Shown: piece after piece, positions 24,901 through 35,300 of the stretch
Layout: each line of letters starts with the position of its first letter
Numbering within the stretch: the first letter of the stretch is position 1
Assembly: GCA_036172245.1 (NCBI GenBank)
Contig: JAYWIR010000006.1
Coordinates: 5,332,001-5,396,000, forward strand
Source of the DNA: Raillietiella orientalis
Lineage: Eukaryota
DNA: 64,000 bases
Direction of reading: 5' to 3'
Notes under the pieces: generated by a model
What the model saw: only the letters and a program-made list of their open reading frames with translations
Databases searched by the model: none
What the model was told of the DNA's origin: nothing
Made by a program: the position numbers and the translations under genes

Positions 24901-27900
24901 ACCGTGATCGAAACCGGCATCCCACGGGACAAGAAAGAGGAAAGCATGGAGTGAGAAGAGGAGAGGGGGGAGGGCAGCAAAGAACGGAAGAGGAGTTAGG
25001 AACCTGGGAACCTTCCAGGAATGTGCGCACCGGAGGGCTGGGGCGTTCTTCTTTTCTCGGACAAGGAACGAGCTCTCGGAGCCAAGAGCGGCGCTTCAGG
25101 CGCATCAGACGCTGCAGGAATGCGGTCGTTAGGGAACAGGGACTTGCCCCTTCCATGGGACCTTGTTTACCCATCCTTCTGGAGGCCTGGAATGGCTCAG
25201 CGTCGTGGTTCCTCCCTTCCCTCTGGCACTCACGGTAGTTCCGCGCTAGCAGGAAGGAGAAACTAGCTTGTGCTGGCGGCTCTGGTTGCGTCCTTCACCC
25301 TCTGGGTGCCACCAAACCCTCAGGCGAAATGTGTGGACGGCCTCATGGCGCTGCTTCGCGTTGTTTTGACGGATATCGGCCGTCTCTTCGCGCAACATCG
25401 CTGTCACGAACGGGAGGTGGTTGCTAAATGAGAGATCCTCCATGGTTGCCAGCCACGGTGGCGTTTTGTAACAATGCAGACTCCGCTTTGCCGCTGCAAC
25501 CCATTGTCGCCTCGCTGTCGGCGAAGCGCGACGGAAACCATCGCCCCGGAAACGCGGCGCTTGAATTGTTGTCCAGCTATCGACATTGCGGCGTCGCACG
25601 AGCGACCTCGCGCTGTTTGTTGCCTTGACTTTGAGGCATGCTGCGTCGTCACGGAAAGCACCGCTCCCGTGTGATTCCGTGGATCATGTTATCCACGGAG
25701 TTGCGCCGTGCGCGGTTGCCACGGCGATACCCTTCTGCTGCGTTGAGAGGTTCTCTCGCAATTCGCTTGGCCACATTGGGAGTGGAAGCGATACGCGAGC
25801 GCTCCGGTGCGGCAGCTGCAGCATGCGTAGCCGTGCGTTGCCTCATCGTCACAGTTGGGTCTCTGCTGTTTCCGATGCACTCCGCCATGGTGACGTTGCC
25901 GTTGCCTCCACTGCTCTTCCTCAGCAACACCCTGTACCCCTCTGCCAGACGTTAAACCGCGAGCTGGTGTTCTTGCTCTGTCGCACACATCCCTGATTCC
26001 TGTAGGAGGGGATTCTCTTCTCTCGACTTCCCGCTGTGCCGCTGTGAGGTCGTGGGTTGCATGCAGCACCCGCAGCGGAGGAGGAAGCGGACGCCTCCCG
26101 CACGCGGGTGAGGGAGAAGCCGGGTCGGCAAAAACGGTGGTCCCCCCCCGGCGCCGCTCGCATGCACCGACGGCCGGGGAACGATTCCTGCTTCAGGCAA
26201 GGGTGACCGGGGCGGACCCTCACATTTTCCATAGGAGCCGGAAGCCGCAGGATTTCGTAGGAAGCAGAAAAGGTAGGGCCGGAGCAGGGACTTCCGTCGG
26301 CGGGTTCCTTCACGCCGCAGGAGGCCATGAGGGAATCCGGGACACGTTGCCTGTGCGATCGGGAAGCCAAGAAAGGCGGGGGGGGAGGATTCCCGAGTTG
26401 TTTCTTCCCTCCGGGGCGACATTCCCTCTGTCGAGCGAACTTTTCCTCGTTCTTTGGGGAACCTTCGAGCGGAGATAAAAAGAGTACGGAGGAAGGGAGG
26501 CGTCCCCCATGGAGTTCCCAAATGCTCTTATGCGAGGCAGCACGCCTCTCTCTGCGAGACCAACCTTCTTCTTCCCTCCATCCCTGTCCGACGAGCTCTC
26601 TGTCTCGCCTTCGGGAGACGGCTGAGTCTCCAAGGCGAGGAAGGGGAGGGAGGGGAGACAGGACGTTTGTGGCCGGGACGACCCTTTGAACACGGAAGAC
26701 AGGAACGACTAAATGGGCTTCGTCCGCGGAGAGCCAACCTCCCTGCTCTTCCTCTTCAGTGCCTCCGCCGACGGCGACGATGATGGCGCACTGCTCCTGC
26801 GCTCTCCAGCGGCGCCTTTTGTTCTTCCGCGTTCCTCTTCTTCCTTTCCTTTTTTTTTTTTTTTCCTTTTTTTCCCCCCTCCTTCCCCTCCCTCCGTCCT
26901 CCCTTTCTCTCTTTCCCCCTCCCCCTCTCTTCCGCGGTTCCTCCCTTGTGTTCGCGCGCGTGACGTCGCCTCTCCTGTCAGCGAGAATCAAGTCGGGAGG
27001 GGGGAAAGGCGCCGCGCCCCCATTCTTCGCGCGCCGGGTCCCCCTTTGCAGCTCTCCGGGGAAGGGGCTTTTCTTGTCAGCCCTCAAAACGAGCCAACAA
27101 TGGCGAGCGCGAGAGAGAGGGGGGGCGTCCAGCCGTCGGTGAAAAGAGCGGGGGCCGCCCGGGAGGTTTCGGTTTGATTGGATCCCCGCGTCTCTCCCTG
27201 AATGGAGCAGCAACATTCATCCCGAGTTCATAATGCGCTGGGGTCGGTCGCGCACGGACAGCCCCGAGCGCGCGCTCATTGACTCTTCTTGACTTTCCTC
27301 TGACTCCCCGGCGGCCGACCAGGGCCGTCCAGCTGCCACCTTACCCGAGAGCGTCCCAGCGTCGGTGATCCCTCCTTCCCTCCCATCCCACACCCCTTCG
27401 CGCTTTCTCGGGGCAATGCCGCTCCTCCTCTGACCTGCTGGACTTCTGATGTCCGTTCCCCCGCAGGATAGGCGCGAGGGGCGCCCACTCCCCCTCCTCT
27501 CCTCGCGCCACCACCATTCTGTAGGCACGCGGCGGTCCCGCCTTCCTACCAGACACCGCGCCATTTTGACCCTCCTCCGACACCCTTCCTTCCCTCCCTC
27601 TCCCTCTGCGACGTGGGAGGTCTAGACGCTCCCCCCCCCTCTCGGCGCTTCCCCAGCAGCAGCGCCACCTTCTGCCTCCGTTTTTCTCCGACAACTTCGC
27701 GCCTGCGCGGCGCCTCCCTTGTGGAACCAGTCCTCTCTGCGCTGTGGAATGGAGGGGGGGAGAAGGAGCGCGCCCTTTTCCCCGCCCTGCCTCACTAGGG
27801 GCAGGGCGACCCTGGGAACGAAGGAGCTCTCCGGGACGATGGGCGCACGCGACCCGGTGATGACTGACCGCCTTCTCAGGCTCCCCTGCTCCGAGCGATC

Positions 27901-29051
27901 CCTCTGCCATATCCCACATCCCCTCCTCAGGGGCTCCGACGGGCCCTGGCAGGGGACGTGAGCAGTGGAAGGGCGGGCGGGCAGTATGGAAGGAAGGGAA
28001 GGCGGCAGTCGGGAATCTCTGACTCCAGGAGGCGTCGGTCCCCAGGGAATCAGCAGAAAATTGAATTTCCTGCTTTTCCCTGTTTCTTCCCTCTCCCCCT
28101 CCTCCTCTCCCCCCCCCCCGCCCCCTCTTCTTCCTTTTGCGTCCCCCTGGGCACGGGGAATCCATCAATCCGCGCGCGCCCGCAGTAGCCGGCGCTCCCG
28201 CGGGGCAGGCCGCCGCTCCCGGCGCGCTCGTCTCCGTGTGAAGGGACTCAGCGCTCGAAGGGATGCACTGGCCCCTTAGAAGGGAGGGGACAGGGTGGGG
28301 TCGGGATAATGGTCTACTGGCGTGATGCTGCGAGACGCGGAAGGTCACGCCATCGATCCATTAAGCCGCCCCGAGCGGGAGGGCCGGCAGCGCCACCACG
28401 CTTCTCCCCCCCCCCCCAGACCGCCGAGTCTACCCGGAGCTTCCCTCGCGAAGAGAGGCTCCTCTGCCCGGCCCTCCTGACAGCTGGGCGGCGTTGACTT
28501 CTGGACCGCGAGCGTTTCGAGGAAGAGGGCGCAGCGGGAGGAGGAGGAGATGGGGCTGAGGACCCCCGCTCACCGACCTCCCGCACGCGGAAGCCACTTA
28601 CGAGGGCAGGGCAGCGGCCTCAAGTGGGGAGGGCCAGTCCTCTTCCGCTCCCATTTGTGTCCCAGGATGCTCCCCTTCCCACCCTTCTCCAAGGACGAGG
28701 AAGCGAGGGAGACGGGGCGAGCGCTCCCGCCGGCGCCGCCGGCGGTCCTTCTTTTATTCCTTCTCTGGAGGCGGGTCCAGGGCACAGCATCATCCTCGGG
28801 ATGACGACGGCGGCGGGAGGACGAGGTTGCCGAAGCGACGGTCCTCCTTCTCGCTCCTCGTCCCCCCGGAAGGGGCGGGCGGGCGCGTCCCGGCGCCGCG
28901 ACTCTCCGCTTCCCCGCTCCTTGCCCGGGGGGCGCTCCTGCGGGGAAGGCGCGAGGGGGCTCCGCGCCAGACTGCATCGGCGAGGCGAAGACTAGAAGAG
29001 CAAGGGGGAAGCGGTGGGGGCGGGAGGGCCGCCGCAGGGGGGAAGCCGCGG

Positions 29052-32000
29052 TCAGCTGATGGGGAACTGTCCTTTGTACGAAAGACCGGAGCCACCGTAG
29101 GGGGCGCAGTAGGGCCCGTAGGAGGCGTAGGAGTAGTCGGGGCTGGAGATCTGGGCGGGCGGCACCGCCCCCTGGATGTATTGGGGCAGGAACTCGGCCC
29201 CTGCGGCGGAGACGTGCAGCAGCGGCTTGACCTCCTGCATGCCTAGTCCCGGCAGGGTGCCCAGGGCGTTGGGACCTGGAAAGCAAGGACCGCCGTAGGC
29301 GGTGGGAGGTCGGAGAAGGGACGGCGTCTGCTCACCCAGGGAAGGGTAGACGTGGTGGTGCTGGCCCTGGCCGAAGGGCGCGCCGTCGTAGGGGTACGCG
29401 TCCGCAATGGTGCCCTGGCCAGAACAGATGAAGCTGTTGAGTCCGTAGCCCGCGCCGTTGCCGGCAGCGGCGGCGGCAGCGGCGGCGGCGGTCATGTGGC
29501 CGCCTGCGCCCCCCCCTCCGGGGGAGCCCACGACCTCCGAGAGCGCCAGTTTGCCCTCCTCCTTGGACAGCAGCGAGGCGGCGGCGGCGGCGGCAGCAGC
29601 TGCGGCGGCCGCCGCCGCGGAGGCGGCGCCTGACTTCCACTTGGGGTGGAAACCCCTCGCGGGGGTGGAAAGACCCTACGGCGGAAATCGCCCTTGGAGC
29701 GCGGGGGGTCCGGGCGGGGCCGAGGGAGCTTCCTACGTTGGCGTACATCTGGTTGCCGCCACACTGCGCCCTCTGGGACTTCAGGTCCAGCATCTCCTGG
29801 CAGCTGGCGGCGTCTCTGCTACCCGCGTCTGCAAAAGAGGGTCGCGGGGGTGGAGGAGATGCAAGACAACCCCCGTCGCAGCCTCGCAGCCAGTCTCTCA
29901 CACCCTCAAGCCACTTGGCTGTTAATTCCCTCCCCCCGACCATTCGTCGCAGCCGGGACGGCCCTTTCCTCCCGCCCCCGGGACATTCCGCAGCGACACC
30001 ACCCTTCCTCTCCCTCGCCGCTCTCTTCCCCCCTTCTTCATGTCCTTCCCATATCCGCTCCACCACGTCCCTGCGTTTGCGAGAGCCACGGAAACGGAAG
30101 TGGTTCCGACACCGCCCCCAGCACAACTGACGACCCAGAGGCAGGAAGGAAGGGGTGGCGGGAGGCTTCGTTCGTCCTCCTGCCAGGGGAGAAGTTCGTC
30201 AGGAAACCTTCCAGAGAAGGCCGCACGGCGCACCGACACATCAACCTCCTTCCTCGCACTAACCAGAATCCCTGCTGACCCGCCCCTGCCCACCCCCTTT
30301 CACACGTTCCCTCCTTACTCTCGTCGCTCCTCTTCCTCTTGGTGCTCGCGGCGGCGTGGGCGATGCCCAGGATGCCGTTGATGCTGTAGGCGCCCGGGCG
30401 GCCGAGGGTGGTCACGGAGGCCTCCAGGGACGACGGCGCAGGCGACACCTGGGGCAGGACGGGGGGACTCGCAGGTGGGGGATCCCCACGAACCTTCACC
30501 TTCTCGGCGGCCTTGTTCCTGACGATCCTGCGGGAGAAACACGGGAAGTGGAAGAGGTCCCGAGGAATCCGGGAAGGGAGGGGAGGAAGAGAGGAAGAGA
30601 GGGAATTCTCTCCCGGGCGGCGGCTCACCTGTTGATGCTGGACACGCTGGGGACGTTTTCTTGCGTACAGACCCCCTCGGCCAGCAGCCGGTCCCGGATC
30701 TCCCAGGCGAACATCGTGGGGTTCTCCCGCTTGTAGGCTGCGATCGCGTCCACCACTTTGGGCGTGGCCACCTTGGGCTTGCTGCCCCCGATGACCCCGG
30801 CCTTGTAGCACCCGGTCTCGTAGTACCTGGAACACCCCCGGTCCGGGCGTTCGTCGGTCGAATGCCACTACCAGAGGGGGCGATGGAAGGGAACCGCGGC
30901 GGCCCGGGACGCGTCGGGAGGGCGAGGAGAGCGGCGAAGTCTGTGCCACCTGGCAACGAGGATGCCGACGACGTCGCGCGCTGCCGTCCTGGCGGCCGAA
31001 AAGGCAGGGGAGGACAGCGGCGACCCCGAATCGCCGCTCTCCTCGGCCCAGGAAACGCCCGAGAGAACGGGGAAGGGGAATGCCTTCCCGGGTCCATCTG
31101 CACCTTCTGCGCGACTCCGGTAACCTTCCCGAGAAACTTTTCGGGAGCGTGGTAGAGCAAGAGGCTCGGCACCGCGGGGCAGCCTGCCACCTCTCAGCGC
31201 GGAAGGCTGCTCTCCAACCGCTGCAGCGGGCGCATCCGGGGCACTCCCGACCTCCTTCCTCACGCGGACCATCATCAGCTCCTTCCGGACCCTGTCCACC
31301 CAGCAGTCGACGGCGCGGAGCGCGCGCTCATGCCTGGGAGTCAACTCAGGCTGCGCAGTGAGCGCGCGCGAGGGAGTGGGAAGGACGGGTAGCATGCATT
31401 CTCCCCCTCACCTCACCTCCTTTCCCCTTCCGCTTTCCTTTTCTCACCCCATGTCGTCCCCTTCTCGCTCCGAACTTGACCTCAGCTCGTCTCTCGTCCC
31501 GCGAGTAGACCACCGCAGCTCCGTCCGGTGGCGACGTCCCTCGCGACGAGCAGCCCTGGAGCGAAGCTGTCGTGCGGCGCAGCCTACCCGAGGCAAGGCG
31601 GTTTCCCCGGCAACTCGGCGTCGTCGGCCGTCGCTCATGCCGATCGGCCACAGGACACGCACCCCCCGCACGGAAGGAATTGAACGCCGCCCGCGTCTCC
31701 AGAGCAACGCGCCAACAACCCGAGCGACGGTGTAACAATGCCGAGTTACTACGCTCGGAGCGCGCGCGCAGGCAACAGTGGCAGGGTGGCCCGAGACGGG
31801 GGTCGCAAGGAGTGGGAAGCAGTGGCCACGGACTTCCGGTGCTGGTGGAGCAAGGGAGCACAAAAGAGGAGAGGGGGGGCGGTAGTCACTACGATGGCGG
31901 GAGGGAGGAAGCCAGGTGGCGAGAAAGGAGGCAGGGCAGGCAGCGAGGCGCCACAAAGATCCACGGGGAAGGCGGAGGTCCTGGAGTCGAACTCCCGCCC

Positions 32001-32829
32001 TCGGGCTTCGGATCCACCGTCACCGGCAGGCCCGGGAGCTCCTGTCACTGCAACGTGAGCGCGGGACAGTCGCACATCCTAGCGACCAAGTCGTCTTCTT
32101 CCTCCGCACCCCGAAAACCCATCGGCCTTGTCCATCCGGAAATTTCGGCCCCCCTGGTGGTATGCCGGCCGGCGCGGGTGCCGCAAGGCCCACCGGTCGG
32201 GCGGGCCTGGCAGGAGCGCGATCCCATAGGCGGTCTCACTCGGGAAGAGGAGGGAGATGAGGGTGCTGGGGACGTGGAAGGGAGGGCAGAAGAAGGGTAT
32301 GGACCTGTCTGCCGCAGTCACCACCGTCTTCCCGGGCCGGTTCCCCCTTCCCAGCTCTCTCCTGCTTTCGCTCACCTGCTGAGTATCTTGGAGACGCAGC
32401 CGTGGGACACTCGCAGCTGCCGGCTGATGTCGCACGGGCGGACGCCGCTCTGCGCCATCTCCACGATGCGGGCGCGCACCATGTCCGGGAGGGGGCGACC
32501 GTTGACGAAGACGCCTCCCAGCTGGTTGACCCCTCCGTGGCCTGAGGGGAGAAAGAGAAAGAAGAAGTCGTTCCTGTTCCACCCGAGGACGGGAAGGGAA
32601 TAGGGAACATGGAAGTTCGGGGCGCGCGGGCGATGCTGGCGGCACCGTCCTCGGGCAAGGTCAGGGGTTTGAGGCGCGCTCGCCCGCCTTGGGAGGAAGA
32701 GAGGCGGCTCCCGGGACGCCCCATCCCCCTGCTCTCGGAAGGCCGCCCTCCCACTTGTCCACTTGCCCACTTACACGTGTAGTACTCCATCATGTTGTGG
32801 TTATAGCGGTAGGCCGTGGTCAGGTCCAT
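29052..32829 (-). CDS. Pax2: Paired-box transcription factor Pax2/5/8 (shaven/D-Pax2-like), about 447 aa, 6 coding exons
   Basis: Exons assembled by hand with GT-AG junctions and consistent phases: 32829-32775 ([18 protein letters not shown]), 32541-32376 ([55 protein letters not shown]), 30826-30629 ([66 protein letters not shown]), 30527-30319 (IVRNKAAEK...octapeptide YSINGILGI...KRKRSDE), 29828-29737, 29675-29052 (poly-Ala, Tyr/Pro/Ser-rich C-terminus, TGA). A paired domain plus the YSINGILG octapeptide with no full homeodomain defines the Pax2/5/8 class. The last two exons are less certain than the paired-domain exons. Confidence 0.93.
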
Positions 32830-33014
32830 GGCTGCCGGAGGAGTCCGGAAGGGGAACAGGTCCAGGGAAGAGGATGAAGAGGAGGAAGACTGGGGTGGAG
32901 GAGGTGGAAGAGGAGGAAGAGGAAGATCCAGGACTGGCCGCTCTCTCCCTTCTCGCCGTTCCCGCTCGCACCACGCGCGCGGATTCCCGACAGCTCGCCC
33001 GCGAGAGCCGCGCC

Positions 33015-33215
33015 GCACTGAGGGCGCTCCGGGAGCAGCGGGGACGCCGGTCACTTTCGGATCCAATCACGCGGGGACGGGCCAATTGACTGGAATCTCC
33101 CGGTTCCCCGCTTCCCATTTTCCGCCAATCGTGGATCCTAATGGGCCGTCCCGACCTCGCCCGCGCGAGGCGGCGGGAAGCTTCTCGGCATTCGCCGCCG
33201 GGGCGTGACGTCATA
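33015..33215 (-). promoter_or_regulatory. Candidate Pax2/5/8 core and proximal promoter
   Basis: Lies 190-385 bp upstream of the ATG. Contains an Inr-like TCAGT on the minus strand (33021-33017), three CCAAT boxes (33063, 33082, 33125) and a full CRE palindrome TGACGTCA (33206-33213). Motif evidence only. Confidence 0.5.
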
Positions 33216-34839
33216 GCGGGAAGGGGCGGAGCCGCCGCTTCCGCCAGCAGACCGCGCGCGCGCACCACCGCCGCCGCCGCTGCCTTCTCCCCCTTCCCTC
33301 CCCCCCTTCTTTCCTCCTCCTTCTCCTCTTCCGCGTCCCTCCTCCCAGACTCTTCGTCCCCGCCCACGGTCCTCGCACGCGTCGGAAGCCTGAGGGCTGC
33401 GGCGGCGCCCTGGCACCGAGTGCGGCAGGTCTACCCCCGGCGGATGATGGCCGCCGCTCCCTGCCCTTTCCCGGCGCGGTGCTCCACCTCGCGGACCGGG
33501 CGGAGCCCTCCCCATCCGCTATGGGATGGGGTGGGCTGCCTTTTCCACCGGTCCCGGGAATGGCGGTGACTCTCGACCGCCATCTGCGCCTCAGGCGAGG
33601 TGGCTCCCGGGGCAGCCCCGCTGTGGCGGCCGCCTCTTGGACCGAGGACTATCCCTTAAATTCTGCACCCCCTCTCCCCACTTCCACCCCCTCCGAGGGG
33701 AGGGCGTCCAGGAAGAACGGGCGCTGCTGCTCCTCGGCAGGCGCCTCCGCGAGAGCGCGCGCCGTGCGGTCGCTCCTTTCGTTCCGGGCGAGGGGAACCC
33801 GTGGGAAAGCGGGGAACCCCGACGTCTCTCCGGAAGGCCGTTCCTCCCGGCAAGCGTGGCGGCGCCTGTGGCCCTTGGGAACGCGTACCTCATCGGGAAG
33901 GGGGGAGGGAGCAGGGTGCAGCCCTTCCCCCCCATCCACACGCAGCTGAGGAATCTCCGCGAGCTGTGCGCCCGCTGATGGCACCGAAGGGTGGGGAGAG
34001 GGAGGCCTTGCCGAGTACATCTCGAGGAACCCCCCCCCTTCCCCTTCTTACCCGGACACCGTCGCCAGGCGCCGCGCTCGCAAGCGTCCCGGTGAGGCTC
34101 AGAGGTGACCCCTCGATCGCTCCCTGCGGAGTCCTCTACGATTCGGCGGCGGCTACGAGCGATCCACCCATCCTGGAGGGAGGGGAGGGGGAAGAGACCC
34201 GCGTGAGGGAGTCGCGCGACCTTCGCCCTCGGGCAAAAAGGACGCCGACTCGCGTCTCCTCCCCTTCCACAGAAGCAGCAACAGCAGCAGCAGCAGCGCC
34301 GCCTTTGATGTCCTCCCACGGGAGGAGCCATCAATCTCGGGCGCACCCTAACGAGCTGTCATCGCGCGCACAGGGAGGACCAGGAGCGGCAGAGGGCGCC
34401 CTACGGCCGCGGCCAACGCCCTCCCCTCCCCCCCACCGCCTTTCCCTTTACGACGGAGCAAGAGCGGAGGCGAGAATTTTCCCTGTCCCTCCTCCCTCTC
34501 CCGCCCCCCACTTCTTCCTCCTTGTTTTCTTGCCCGTCCCGAAACGTGGAAGTGGCCGTCAGAGGCGTTGCCTTCAGGCACAGACGGTAGGGGCACGTCC
34601 TACTCTCTTCCCCCTCTGTCTCCTCCCCCTACCGGAAAAGCAGCGCGAGACCGAAAGGCACTCTGAGGGACCAGGCAACATGGCGGCGCTGCAGACCCTT
34701 CTCCTCTAGGTTCCGGCGAACGCTCCCCAGAGCGACCGACTCCACGACAGAGGGGAATGGCGTAAGGGCCGCCTTCCATCTCCCATTTCGCATCGGTCGC
34801 CCACCCGATGTTTCCCCTTTCTCTGCTTGGCGTGCATGC

Positions 34840-35300
34840 CTTTCTCTTTACCCCGTCCGTCCCTCTGCCTTTCCTCCTCCTCTCTTCTTCCTCTTTCTTT
34901 TCCCTCCCTCCCAACTCCTACTCTCTTCCTCCCTTACTCCTTTCCCTCCCTTCTTCCTCTTCCTCCCTTGCTTCTCTTCATCTCTCTCTCCCTCTCTTTC
35001 TCTTTTCCTCCTCCCTCCCTCCTCTTTCCTTTTTCCTCCTCCTATTCCCCCCCTTCCTTCCTTCCTTTCCTTCCTCTTTCTCTTTTCTTCCCTTCCTCCT
35101 TCCTTTCCTTCCTTCCCTCCTTTCCTTGTTACTCCTCTTTGATTCCTTTTCTCATTCCTGCTCACTCATTCCTCCTCTTCTTCCTCCTCCTCCCCCTTCC
35201 TTACTTCCTCATGCTCCTCTTCTTTCCTCCTTCCTTTTCCGCGCCGCGACAACCTCTTTCGTCGTCGTCGTCGTCGTCGTTGCTCTTGTTGTTGTTGCTG
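34840..35300 (+). repeat. Polypyrimidine tract followed by (GTC)n and (GTT)n microsatellites
   Basis: About 400 bp C/T-rich, then GTC repeats at ~35261-35280 and GTT repeats. Confidence 0.9.

Noticed and set aside
30519..30560. Hammerhead-like core CTGACGA-TCC-TGCG-GGA-GAAA on +
   Set aside because: Stems I and III and the NUH site cannot be formed, and the sequence is explained by the antisense Pax exon 4 acceptor.
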